Virus record (IMG/VR): IMGVR_UViG_3300028025_001682
Coordinates: 1 to 57,192 of that record
Reading direction: 5' to 3' (one strand)
Origin: a virus
Taxonomy: Duplodnaviria; Caudoviricetes
DNA: 57,192 nt
The notes below the pieces were generated by a model that searched no databases, was not told the origin of the DNA, and saw only the letters and a program-made list of their open reading frames with translations. This document shows, piece after piece, positions 28,574 to 38,811 of the stretch (the stretch's first letter is position 1; the number at the start of each line of letters is the position of its first letter). Both the position numbers and the translations under genes were made by a program.

Positions 28574-31500
28574 ATGGCAAAACTCTTAACAGGAACACGA
28601 ATTTATGGTACCGGCACAGTTGACACTCAACTGTTTGTAAGCGGATCTAATGCGGCAACATCAACTATTACCGGTGCTCTACAAATTGTAGGAGGCCTGG
28701 GAGTTGGGGGTGCTGGCTATTTTGGCGGCAACGTTAATGCATCAACATTTATTGGTAATTTAACTGGAGTTGCAACTACAGCCACGCTGGCTTTAAATGC
28801 TAATACTGCTACAAATCTAGCAGGCGGCGCAACAGGAAGTCTTCCTTATCAAAGTACTACAGGAACAACAGCAATGTTGTCTCTTAGCACCAGCGGATAT
28901 ATTTTAACCGCAGGCGCAACAGCTCCCCAATGGACTTCTACTAGTAGTTTAAGTGTAGGATCTGCTACTAATGCAGACAATGTTAAGACAGTTTTACAAA
29001 CAGCAAGTGCTAGTTATTATCCAACATTTGTTGATGCAAATAATTCAACAGGCGCTTATGAAGCGTTATATACTACAAGTAGTTTTGTAGTCAATCCGGC
29101 AACAGGCGCAATTACTATTAGCGGATTAACAGTAAATGGTGTATCATCTTTAAATGGTAGAACTACTGTAAAGGATACAATCAATGCTGACACATCATAC
29201 CCATTAGGTATTCAAAATGGTTCTCAGCAAATATGGTGGCTACGAGCACAAACAACTTCAAACAAATTTTCTCTACACTTGAACGGCACTGGCGATTTAG
29301 TAACAGTCGATACTAGTGGCACTGTCGGTATTGGATTTACTGCTCCTAACGGTAAACTAGATGTAGCAGGCGATTTATATGTTGGCGCAACACAGAATAC
29401 TGCACGTTTTAAATCTGACGGTACAGATACTTTTGTAGATTCTATTCCGGTTGCCGGCGGAGTGGTTATTAGAACTGGTGGCAGTGTTGAGAGATTGAGA
29501 GTAACTGCCAACGGGGGCGTGGCCTTTGGTGGCGCAAGTAATTATGGTCTTGTTGGACAAGTACTACAAAGCAACGGCGATGCAGCTCCTACATGGACAG
29601 CTATCAGTGGTTTGTCTGCTGGTAACGCAACTACTGCTACAAATTTAGCAGGAGGTACAGCAGGTCAAGTTCCTTATCAAACTGCTCCGGGCGTAACAAG
29701 TTTTTATGGACCAGGCACAGCCGGCAATGTACTAGTTAGTAACGGCACAGGTGCTCCAACTTATAACAACACATTAACCCTAACAGGAACAACGGCAGCT
29801 ACTTCAACTACTACAGGTGCATTACAGGTAGTAGGTGGATTTGGTCTAGGTGGTGATTTATTCATTCGTGGTGATATTGCCACCAATGACACTACATTTA
29901 ATTTAATCAATGCCACTGCTACTACGGTTAATTTTGCCGGAGCTGCCACTGCACTCAATGTTGGTGCAACATCTGGTTCTACCAACGTAAGAAATAATTT
30001 AACAGTTAGTGGTAATCTAACAGTACAGGGCACCACAACCATTGTAGACAGTACTGTTACTAACGTTGCTGATCCTATTTTAACTCTAGGTGGCGGTGCA
30101 AATAATGCTGCTCCTACAGTAGACGACAACAAAGATCGTGGTATTGCATTCAAGTGGATGAACAACGGCGGTACAACAAGTACCGGATTCTTTGGATATG
30201 ATGATAGCACCGGTTATTTTACCTACATTCAGACTGCTACAATTGCCAACGAAGTTGTCAGCGGAACTAAAGGTGCCATAGATGCTAATATTGCTGGTGG
30301 ATCGGCACAGGCTTTGGTATATCAAAGTGCGGCTGATACTACAGCTTTCTTACCCGCAGGAACAAGCGGTTATGTATTACAAACCAACGGTACAGGCGCA
30401 GCTCCAAGTTGGGTAGCAGCCAGTGGTATTGGAGCAGGCAGTGCTACCTATGCTGACAATGTAAGAACTATTGCACAAACTGCCAGCGCAACTTATTATC
30501 CAACATTTGTTGATAGTAACAATGCTACTAATGCCTATGAGTTAGTTTATACTACTTCAACTTTTACTATCAACGCTGCCACAGGAGCAGTAGCCATCGG
30601 TGGAGCAGTCAGTATCAGCAGTGGTAATAATACTGTTACTACTCCTACATGGGAAAAATTTAAATTAGTAACAACCGGAGTTACTGCCGCAGCTCGTCAA
30701 GGCAGTGACGGCAACGGATTAAACTTCACAAGTAATGCACTATGGAATGGTGCATGGAGTGAAGACGATGCTACTAAAAAGAAATTTGCCTACATACAAC
30801 ATTTAGGCAATAGCAGACACGAATTTAGAACCGCTGCCTCAGGGGCAGGCGTTTCTTGGATTACAAGTTTAACGTTAGATGACAATGCTGGTACATTTAA
30901 CGTACCAGTAACAATCACTGCTACTACTGCTAGTGTATCTACTTCAACTGGTGCGTTAATAGTTAACGGTGGCGTTGGCATTGCTGGAACATTGTTTGTT
31001 GGCGCATTAAGAGCTGACTCGTCAACTAGTGCAACAACCTGGACAGTTAACTATAATCCGGTTACTAAAGAACTAACGACGGCTACGGCAGGTTCAACAA
31101 CATCTGCCAGTGGTACAGGAACAACCAGTACATTTGTAATTCAAAACTCTACTAATGCTACGTCAACTAACACAGGCGCACTACAAGTATGGGGTGGTGC
31201 TGGCATTGGCCGAGATTTATATGTTGGCGGCACAATTTACTCAGGCGGCAATCCTGTTTCACCACTGGCATCAACTACACAAGAGATTATTGCTACGGCA
31301 GGTCAAACATCATTTACTTTAAGTGCTGGTTATATTGTTGGTTATGTACAAGTGTTTGCTAACGGTATATTGTTGAACACTGGTGATTATACAGCTACCA
31401 ATGGAACAACTGTAGTAGTTGTTGAACCACGTAAGGCCGGTGATGTCATGCGTTTTGTTGCTCCAGTGACTTATGTTGTAAATTCCGGTAGCAACGCAAT

Positions 31501-34027
31501 AACAGCAGGACAGGTTAGTGTAATAGCACAAACAGCCAGCGCAACTTATTATCCAACATTTGTTGACAGTAACAATGCAACATCTCAATATGAATTAGTC
31601 TACACTACATCAAGTTTCTCTATTAATCCTGCAACAGGACTGGTAACTATAGCGGCTCCTGCAGGCGGAGATGGTATCCCTGCATTCAGAATAACACAGG
31701 GCACAGCACCTAGTACATTTAACTGGGCTAGTTCAATTCTAAATTCTAGTCTGTCTGGTGGTAAGAATTTACTTAATATAGTCGGACAGGCAGAAAGCGG
31801 CAACAATTCTGCATACTTTGGATTTAAGTATGTAGGTGCCGGCAATGCATTAAACTTTGCAACCATAGGTTTGTTTGGTGCCGATAACCTACTTAACGTA
31901 TTAGGTAACGGTAACGTTGGTGTTGGTACAACCAGCCCCGGCTACAAACTTGTTGTTTCAGGAAGCACAGCGGCATCTGCGACCACAGCAAGTTCAATAT
32001 TATTACATTTGTTTAATTCTGCAACAGACGGAACCTCACCAGCAAACCAGGTTGGTATTGGATTTGGACAAAGTACTACTCGTTCAGCTATCGTTGCCGG
32101 TACATACGGAAATGATTATATAGACTTTTACACCAACGGTGATATAACAACTCCTAAAGTAAGAATGCGTTCCACTGGTGCGATTGCATTTAACGGAGTT
32201 AGTAATTATGGTACTAGCGGTTATGTATTAAAGAGTAACGGTGATGCTGCTCCAACCTGGGTTGATCCAGCAACGTTGAGTGCATCTGCTACAACTTCTA
32301 CTTATTTGGCCACAGTACGACAAACTGCCAGCGGCACATACTATCCTGCGTTTGTTGACAGTAATAATAGTAGCATTGCCTACGAAGCATATTACACAAC
32401 AAGTACCTTTACAATTAATCCCGCAACAGGTGTAGTAGGTATTAATGGTGTTGGCGGCACAGCTCTTAATATTACTGTTCCTTCTACAGTCACTGATAGA
32501 TACTTTATTAATGCAACTGCCGCAGTAAACTCTTTTAGTATCTACGATAATGCCAATACTCCATACATAAACAGTTATGCTGGTATGACATTCCGCGCAA
32601 ATCAAATTGGCGGAAGCGGCGGACTAATTAACTTCACAGGCGGTAACGTTTATGTTGCAAGCAACCTTGGAGTTGGTATAAACGTACCTAGTACAAAACT
32701 CGAAGTTTCTGGAAATATTGGCCTTTCCCCGGGTGCCACTGCTGGTATCATCAGAAGAACTGCTGTTAACGGTAGCAATGGCATACGAATCCAAGGTAAT
32801 GCTACTGATACGATAAACACTGATGCAGCCGCAGGTGCATATATAACTGTTGGCGGTGGTGTAATTGGTGATACATATGAGGGCAATATTGACATTGTTG
32901 CCTACGGTGGAAATGTTGATGCTAACCGCAATCAAATTAGATTTAGTAATCGTTCCGGTACCAATACTATTGCAGAACGTATGCGTATTGACAAAGACGG
33001 TAATGTTGGTATTGGAAATGCATCGCCGACTGCAAAATTAGACGTTAGCGGTACTATCCGTACTGAATTCTACGGAACTGACACGTCGAGTCCAGCAGAT
33101 GCAATGAACATTACAGGCAATGGTGTTGCAAGAGCACTAGGTACAGGTGCAAGCCTTACATTCACAGCTCCTGCTAATACAGATGGCTCTAACATGTGGG
33201 CACAGGCTAGAATTATAGGCGGCGGCGACAACAGTAGTAACGGTGATGCTAACGGTGCCTTAACATTCCAAACAAGATCATTATATAATCCTGGCGGCGG
33301 AGGCTCTTGGAACTGGCGTACTGTTATGACCCTAAGGGCATCTGGCGCAGTTTCTTTTGGTAACGGTGGCACATCTGTTGGCACTAGCGGATATATATTA
33401 AAGAGCAATGGTAATGCTGCCCCAAGTTGGGTTGATCCGAGTACTGTAGGTGCAAGTGTTTCGTTAACTAATACCTATATTGGGTATGGTTCAGCAAGTA
33501 ATACTGTTACAGGTAGTAGTAGTCTAACATGGAGTGGATCACAATTATACGTATCCGGTACCAATACATCTAGTGTTCCGTTACTGGCTCTAAGAGCAAC
33601 CGGAACTGGCTCATTCCAACGTGGTGTTCAACTATTCAATACCAGTTTAGGTGTTGGTGATTCTATTATGTATTCAGTAGGTATCGCTGACAGTTCTAGA
33701 CAAATGGGACAGATGTATTATGTCTATGCTGGCTCGAACTCTGTTAACAATAGATTGTCATTTGGTCTGCACAGTGTTGACGATGTATTAAACATCACAG
33801 GAAATGGATATGTCGGTATTGGAACTACATCCCCAGCAGCCAAATTAGATATTAAACTAGCGTCTGATGGAGATTTCCTAGTAGGTCGACATAGTGCTAG
33901 TACTGCAAAATTAATTTATGCATATCAATCAGGTTCTGACGGGTATCTAGAACTAAGAACTGGTGCAGACGCTATTGTTAACAAAACTATCTGGTTACAC
34001 AGGTACTGCCGGATACACCTTAGCTAA
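28574..34027 (+). CDS. Long tail fibre, N-terminal part (frame broken near 33980)
   Basis: 1817 aa with GNVGIG, GYVLxSNGxxAPxW and YYPTFVD modules; last ~15 aa look out of frame; TAAATA 28560. Confidence 0.8.
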   Translation: MAKLLTGTRIYGTGTVDTQLFVSGSNAATSTITGALQIVGGLGVGGAGYFGGNVNASTFIGNLTGVATTATLALNANTATNLAGGATGSLPYQSTTGTTAMLSLSTSGYILTAGATAPQWTSTSSLSVGSATNADNVKTVLQTASASYYPTFVDANNSTGAYEALYTTSSFVVNPATGAITISGLTVNGVSSLNGRTTVKDTINADTSYPLGIQNGSQQIWWLRAQTTSNKFSLHLNGTGDLVTVDTSGTVGIGFTAPNGKLDVAGDLYVGATQNTARFKSDGTDTFVDSIPVAGGVVIRTGGSVERLRVTANGGVAFGGASNYGLVGQVLQSNGDAAPTWTAISGLSAGNATTATNLAGGTAGQVPYQTAPGVTSFYGPGTAGNVLVSNGTGAPTYNNTLTLTGTTAATSTTTGALQVVGGFGLGGDLFIRGDIATNDTTFNLINATATTVNFAGAATALNVGATSGSTNVRNNLTVSGNLTVQGTTTIVDSTVTNVADPILTLGGGANNAAPTVDDNKDRGIAFKWMNNGGTTSTGFFGYDDSTGYFTYIQTATIANEVVSGTKGAIDANIAGGSAQALVYQSAADTTAFLPAGTSGYVLQTNGTGAAPSWVAASGIGAGSATYADNVRTIAQTASATYYPTFVDSNNATNAYELVYTTSTFTINAATGAVAIGGAVSISSGNNTVTTPTWEKFKLVTTGVTAAARQGSDGNGLNFTSNALWNGAWSEDDATKKKFAYIQHLGNSRHEFRTAASGAGVSWITSLTLDDNAGTFNVPVTITATTASVSTSTGALIVNGGVGIAGTLFVGALRADSSTSATTWTVNYNPVTKELTTATAGSTTSASGTGTTSTFVIQNSTNATSTNTGALQVWGGAGIGRDLYVGGTIYSGGNPVSPLASTTQEIIATAGQTSFTLSAGYIVGYVQVFANGILLNTGDYTATNGTTVVVVEPRKAGDVMRFVAPVTYVVNSGSNAITAGQVSVIAQTASATYYPTFVDSNNATSQYELVYTTSSFSINPATGLVTIAAPAGGDGIPAFRITQGTAPSTFNWASSILNSSLSGGKNLLNIVGQAESGNNSAYFGFKYVGAGNALNFATIGLFGADNLLNVLGNGNVGVGTTSPGYKLVVSGSTAASATTASSILLHLFNSATDGTSPANQVGIGFGQSTTRSAIVAGTYGNDYIDFYTNGDITTPKVRMRSTGAIAFNGVSNYGTSGYVLKSNGDAAPTWVDPATLSASATTSTYLATVRQTASGTYYPAFVDSNNSSIAYEAYYTTSTFTINPATGVVGINGVGGTALNITVPSTVTDRYFINATAAVNSFSIYDNANTPYINSYAGMTFRANQIGGSGGLINFTGGNVYVASNLGVGINVPSTKLEVSGNIGLSPGATAGIIRRTAVNGSNGIRIQGNATDTINTDAAAGAYITVGGGVIGDTYEGNIDIVAYGGNVDANRNQIRFSNRSGTNTIAERMRIDKDGNVGIGNASPTAKLDVSGTIRTEFYGTDTSSPADAMNITGNGVARALGTGASLTFTAPANTDGSNMWAQARIIGGGDNSSNGDANGALTFQTRSLYNPGGGGSWNWRTVMTLRASGAVSFGNGGTSVGTSGYILKSNGNAAPSWVDPSTVGASVSLTNTYIGYGSASNTVTGSSSLTWSGSQLYVSGTNTSSVPLLALRATGTGSFQRGVQLFNTSLGVGDSIMYSVGIADSSRQMGQMYYVYAGSNSVNNRLSFGLHSVDDVLNITGNGYVGIGTTSPAAKLDIKLASDGDFLVGRHSASTAKLIYAYQSGSDGYLELRTGADAIVNKTIWLHRYCRIHLS

Positions 34028-35060
34028 CTTTGGTGTTGGCCTTACTTCACCAACTACTAGATTGCACGTTCAAGAAACAGGCGCAACTATCTCCGGTGGC
34101 AATGCTATTAACGGTACTTCCATGAAGGGTATCATGGTTAACAATGCGCTTAACGGAGACGAGTCAGTTGGTCTTTGGTTTAGCACTGGACCTGGAAGTC
34201 ACTGGAGCGGCATTAGTGGACAAAGAACTGCAAGTGCATCGACCTGGGGTACACATTTATCGTTCTACACACACGAAGACGCCGCCGTAGATTTAACTTA
34301 CACGCGAGAAAGAATGCGTATCAGTTCTGCGGGTAACGTCGGTATTGGACAAACATCGCCGACTTACAAATTAGATGTCAGTGGTACAGGTAGATTTACA
34401 AATACTTTAACTGTTGGTATACCGAATGGTAGCGGCTCTGGCGATAATAACGTAGCAACATTATTCAGCCAAGACTACAGTGGTTGGGCAACAATGTTTG
34501 CAGGATCTAGTGGTAGCTCTAACGGCTGGGGTATATTCTGGGCAGGAAATCAAAGTGCTGCCTACGGTACCAACGGTACAGGCGGCCCTGGTAATATCTG
34601 GAGTAACAGTACTAATCCCAACGAACTAGTATTTGTAGGTAATGGTAGAACAGACTGGACTCTCCAATTGTACGACGGTAGAGTATGGCAGCGTGGTGCA
34701 TTCTATTGTGCAGGTGACGTTTATTCTAGCTATTCTGATCTACGATTAAAAACTGTTGTAGGTAAGATAGAACGTGCTGTAGATAAAGTACAGGCAATTG
34801 AAACATTCTACTACGAAGCCAACGAAACAGCATTAGAACTGGGAGCAAGCAAAGGTCGCAAGATTGGCGTAAGTGCTCAAAGTGTTAAAGAGGTTGTACC
34901 CGAAGTTGTAAATACAAGTCCACTATCGGAAGAGTACATGACTGTACAGTACGAAAGACTGGTACCGTTATTAATTGAAGCAACTAAAGAACAACAAACT
35001 ATGATTGAACTACTACAGAAAGAACTAGCAGAACTGAAAAGCAAGTTGGGAGTAGAATAA
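33981..35060 (+). CDS. Long tail fibre, C-terminal part with peptidase S74 intramolecular chaperone
   Basis: Continues TKLSGYTG..ERMRISSAGNVGIG; YSDLRLK, IGVSAQSV..VVPEVV, VQYERLVPLLIEA.KE; no SD at GTG 33963. Confidence 0.8.
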   Translation, partial: TKLSGYTGTAGYTLANFGVGLTSPTTRLHVQETGATISGGNAINGTSMKGIMVNNALNGDESVGLWFSTGPGSHWSGISGQRTASASTWGTHLSFYTHEDAAVDLTYTRERMRISSAGNVGIGQTSPTYKLDVSGTGRFTNTLTVGIPNGSGSGDNNVATLFSQDYSGWATMFAGSSGSSNGWGIFWAGNQSAAYGTNGTGGPGNIWSNSTNPNELVFVGNGRTDWTLQLYDGRVWQRGAFYCAGDVYSSYSDLRLKTVVGKIERAVDKVQAIETFYYEANETALELGASKGRKIGVSAQSVKEVVPEVVNTSPLSEEYMTVQYERLVPLLIEATKEQQTMIELLQKELAELKSKLGVE

Positions 35061-35061
35061 C

Positions 35062-36219
35062 ATGGCATTTATTATAGGTGGCGCTAATGCAGGATCAACC
35101 GGTGTTACTGCCCCTTCATTTACAACAGCTACTAGACCCAGCAGTCCAATTGAGGGACAGATAATCTACAATACTTCTAATCAACTATTGGAAGTATATG
35201 CTAACGGTGCATGGCGTCCTGTTAATAACAATGCAACTTCTTCTGGTTTCTTATATAGACAAATTATCACAACTAGTTACGTTATGGGAGGCTACAAAGA
35301 TAGCAGTCCCTGGCGTAATGTTAATAGAATGGTACACGCTACAGATATCTGCACCAATTTGGGCGATCTATTAACCCATGTTGCAGTTTACACCAGCGGT
35401 GCATGTAGTTTAACCAAAGGATTTATTTGGGGTACAAATACGTTTGGTGCCGGTACAGTAACCTGCGCTATAAATCTTGCCACTGAAACTTCAGCAGGAA
35501 CTAACAGTGTTTGGGATATAAGGAACAGTCGTGATGATATGGGCACAGGTTTTCAAGAACATCTGTATGCCTATATCACAGGTGGTGGAACTACTGCTGT
35601 TGACGTATTCAATTTGACCAACGAAACTATGTTGTCAAATCTCAGTCAAGCTAGTTATGTAGGCGCAGGAACTGGCGCAAGTGCAATCAGCGATGAAAAA
35701 TGTTGCTACTTCTGGGGAGACAGCGGCGCTGTTACTAAATTTATTTTTAACACTCACACTTATTATTATGATCAAACACAACGAGCGCTGGATAGAAACA
35801 CAGGCTTGGGCAGTGGTGGAACATTGTTTGGACCTGAATATATTAGACAAACATACTACGGATCGGGATCTAATCTAAATGTATCTCCGGGAGCTCATGG
35901 CCAACAAAAAGGCATCAATAGTAAAGTAGGTAAAGGTTATGGCGGCAATGAAGGTACATATAATGGCGGCTATAATCTACGAAGATTTGTATTCAGTACT
36001 GAAACTTATACCACGGTGGCTAAACCTATAGGTAATAGTGGAGAAGAAAATTTCGATATGGGACAAGCTCATCAATATATGATGGGCATGTATGATGGAG
36101 CACAAAATAATCGTGGATGGAAATTTACCTATGCCACAGATAACGGATTTGAATTAAGCACGGGCTCACTGAGAACAGGAGTACCCGGCGGGAGCTCCGG
36201 CCACTGCGTATGGAAGTAA
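35062..36219 (+). CDS. Fibre-tip/adhesin-like protein with Kelch-like beta-propeller, paralog A
   Basis: RPSSP..GQIIYNT..LEVY...W N-domain; YVMGGY, YITGGG, YMMGMY blades. Confidence 0.65.
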   Translation: MAFIIGGANAGSTGVTAPSFTTATRPSSPIEGQIIYNTSNQLLEVYANGAWRPVNNNATSSGFLYRQIITTSYVMGGYKDSSPWRNVNRMVHATDICTNLGDLLTHVAVYTSGACSLTKGFIWGTNTFGAGTVTCAINLATETSAGTNSVWDIRNSRDDMGTGFQEHLYAYITGGGTTAVDVFNLTNETMLSNLSQASYVGAGTGASAISDEKCCYFWGDSGAVTKFIFNTHTYYYDQTQRALDRNTGLGSGGTLFGPEYIRQTYYGSGSNLNVSPGAHGQQKGINSKVGKGYGGNEGTYNGGYNLRRFVFSTETYTTVAKPIGNSGEENFDMGQAHQYMMGMYDGAQNNRGWKFTYATDNGFELSTGSLRTGVPGGSSGHCVWK

Positions 36220-36231
36220 TTTGGAGATAAC

Positions 36232-37305
36232 ATGGCATTTAAGATCAATAATACAACAATTATGGATACTACGGGAATTAATGTTCCTACGTTTGTATCA
36301 TCAGGGCGCCCAGCGAGTCCAGTAACCGGTCAGATAATTTACAACACACAAACAAACTTCATGGAAATCTATGACCAGGGGTTATGGAAAGACGTTACGC
36401 AAAACGTTAGCGGAGGCGCATTCTTGTATAGACAAATTATAACGTCTAGCTATGTCATGGGAGGTTATAAAGATCTCAGCCCGTGGAAAAACGTAAACCG
36501 CATGGTCCATTCTACAGACATTACGACTAACTTAGGGGACTTATTATCATATGCTGGAGTTTATACCAGTGGAGTAAACAGCTTAACTAGAGGTTTCCTA
36601 TGGAGTGCTGATGATAGTTGGCCAGGAACTAGCGCACAAACTGTGGCAATCAACCTTGCTACTGAAACAAATGCTGGCATTAACAGCGCTTGGAATATGA
36701 GCACGGGTCGCAACGATTGCGGTACTTGTTTTAAAGAACATTTGTATGCGTATATCACAGGCGGCGGCAGCGGATCATTAGATTTATTTAATTTAACCAC
36801 AGAAACAATGAGTGTTGGAGCAACTAGTCCGGGAGTTGGCGGCGATGAACAAGGTGCTATAACATCAATAAATGATGAAACTGTAGGATATTTCTTGTCA
36901 ACATCTGCCAGGAAGATTAATTTTGCAAATGCCACAAGTTACACTATATCTACTCCTGGTGGAGGCGCCAATCAAACTAGTGGACAGCAGAAAGGTATTA
37001 ACTCTAAATTAGGCCGTGGCTATTTTGGCAACGAAGGAACTTACAACGGAGGTTACAATCTTCGAAGATATGTGATCTCAACCGAAACATACACTACTGT
37101 AGCCAAACCCATAGGTGATTCCGGCGAAGAAAACTTTGATATGGGACAGGCTTGGCAATATATGATGGGAATGTATAACTCCGCTGGACAAAATAACCGC
37201 GGTTGGAAATTTACCTATGCTACAGATTCTGGATTTGAACTAGGAGCCGGTTCTATCAGAACCGGAGTACCAGGCGGAAGTTCTGGCCACTGTGTCTGGA
37301 AATGA
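36232..37305 (+). CDS. Fibre-tip/adhesin-like protein with Kelch-like beta-propeller, paralog B
   Basis: Colinear with paralog A; identical C-terminus RTGVPGGSSGHCVWK. Confidence 0.65.
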   Translation: MAFKINNTTIMDTTGINVPTFVSSGRPASPVTGQIIYNTQTNFMEIYDQGLWKDVTQNVSGGAFLYRQIITSSYVMGGYKDLSPWKNVNRMVHSTDITTNLGDLLSYAGVYTSGVNSLTRGFLWSADDSWPGTSAQTVAINLATETNAGINSAWNMSTGRNDCGTCFKEHLYAYITGGGSGSLDLFNLTTETMSVGATSPGVGGDEQGAITSINDETVGYFLSTSARKINFANATSYTISTPGGGANQTSGQQKGINSKLGRGYFGNEGTYNGGYNLRRYVISTETYTTVAKPIGDSGEENFDMGQAWQYMMGMYNSAGQNNRGWKFTYATDSGFELGAGSIRTGVPGGSSGHCVWK

Positions 37306-37334
37306 TAATTATATACATACAAAAGAGGAAGTAA

Positions 37335-38081
37335 ATGCCAAAAGAATTAACCACAGAACACGATAATTTAATAAATTTGTCTATTAGCAGATCTTGGACT
37401 ATGCCCGAATTTAAAATTAAAAACTTTGTGGGCAATGCTCAGATTACACCGTATGCTAAACTCAAGCAGTACTTAACTGAATTAAGCGGACGACAATCTG
37501 CAGTTGAAAACATGGAATACGAGCACAGTAAGTTACAATTACAGATAGAACTAGAAAAAGAATTTGCAGAATTAGCAGATAGTCCTGCTAAAAGAAAATT
37601 ACACGAGTTAGAAGTATTTAAATTAACAACTATGTTTGAAAAATCTTCGTATCGTCTGCGTGATACGTATGCAGAAAGAGACTTGTATATAAAAGTGATT
37701 GAAGATTTTAATAACAGCCCCGAAGCCACTCTGCCTGATGGTCGTCGGTTAATGGACGTATTAGATGATCCAATAACATGCGAACAGTTAGAAAGAGAAC
37801 ACTGGACACTACGATTGGCAAAACAAACAGCTATGGACATGATTGCCTATGGTCGTGCTGGAGTGGGTAATATGGAAGCCGTAACTATGTTAGAACCTGA
37901 TCAACAAATGGATGTAATGAAGATGGCCTGCGAGTTCTTCATTAGAAATGAAAATAGAACAACAGCATTATTGAATGCTACTAACGAAGCATTAATGTCA
38001 AATAGACTGCCACCGTCCGCACTAACAGCACAGTTAGTATTCAATGGACAGCAAATATCTGTTTCACAACAGGGAGAATAA
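37335..38081 (+). CDS. Helical/coiled-coil protein (homologous to 43728)
   Basis: GAGG SD; WxxxLAKQxAMDMIxxGR..M motif. Confidence 0.7.
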   Translation: MPKELTTEHDNLINLSISRSWTMPEFKIKNFVGNAQITPYAKLKQYLTELSGRQSAVENMEYEHSKLQLQIELEKEFAELADSPAKRKLHELEVFKLTTMFEKSSYRLRDTYAERDLYIKVIEDFNNSPEATLPDGRRLMDVLDDPITCEQLEREHWTLRLAKQTAMDMIAYGRAGVGNMEAVTMLEPDQQMDVMKMACEFFIRNENRTTALLNATNEALMSNRLPPSALTAQLVFNGQQISVSQQGE

Positions 38082-38082
38082 A

Positions 38083-38811
38083 ATGTACCTACTATTTAAA
38101 AATCCAGGAGAACAACGACAGGGAATAATTAAACGTGTTGGCGACTATCTTGACTATGTAGTGGGATTTCTCGATGATTCAGTTAAGGATATTGTTCCAA
38201 TTTCTCATTTGGATGCAACAATAATAGAAGATGAAGCAGTAGCATTAGCATGGAAATTTGTAGGAAACTATGCAGGGTATGTAACAGTTAGAGCAAATAC
38301 ATTAGCCGATGACCAGTTAAATATTATTTCTAGCGCAGAGCCCGATGCTATAAAAGTTAAGTATTACTTAACTGATGATGACAAAACAAATGCTGCTAAG
38401 TTTATGAAAATTGCTCTAAGAAAAATTCTTGACGAAGTTTATGATCGCAGACTCGAACAACTAAATCTCGAAGTATCTACATTAGAAACAAAAACGTGGG
38501 CGGCCCAATTGTCTGAAGCCCAGGCATTTCAACTTGATAATACCAAACCGACTCCGACTTTAGACGCTCTTGCAACCGCCAGAGGAATTACAGTATCTGA
38601 AATGGCTGTAAAGGTAATTGCCGCATCTAACAACTACAATGCACAAGTAGCCAACATGTTAGCATCCAAACAGACTGTTGAGGCTGAAATTAAGGCTTGC
38701 CAAAATATAAGTGATTTAAACATATTAATACATCAGAGATTTGGTTATAATATGCCTGTAAAACAGCAAGAAGCTCTTGGATATCAAGGAAGTTCAGTGT
38801 ATAATTTGTAA
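38083..38811 (+). CDS. Tail fibre assembly-like protein
   Basis: ATG 38083 with GGAG; ETKTWAAQLSEA..TPTLDALATARGITVSEMA.KV motif seen in fibre-associated proteins. Confidence 0.6.
   Translation: MYLLFKNPGEQRQGIIKRVGDYLDYVVGFLDDSVKDIVPISHLDATIIEDEAVALAWKFVGNYAGYVTVRANTLADDQLNIISSAEPDAIKVKYYLTDDDKTNAAKFMKIALRKILDEVYDRRLEQLNLEVSTLETKTWAAQLSEAQAFQLDNTKPTPTLDALATARGITVSEMAVKVIAASNNYNAQVANMLASKQTVEAEIKACQNISDLNILIHQRFGYNMPVKQQEALGYQGSSVYNL

Noticed and set aside
16064-33408. Many 60-150 aa antisense ORFs within fibre genes
   Set aside because: Shadow ORFs of Thr/Gly/Val-biased sense genes; no start signals
35062-37305. Diversity-generating retroelement TR/VR pair
   Set aside because: Differences are at wobble positions rather than adenine-specific, both copies are full genes, and no reverse transcriptase is in the window
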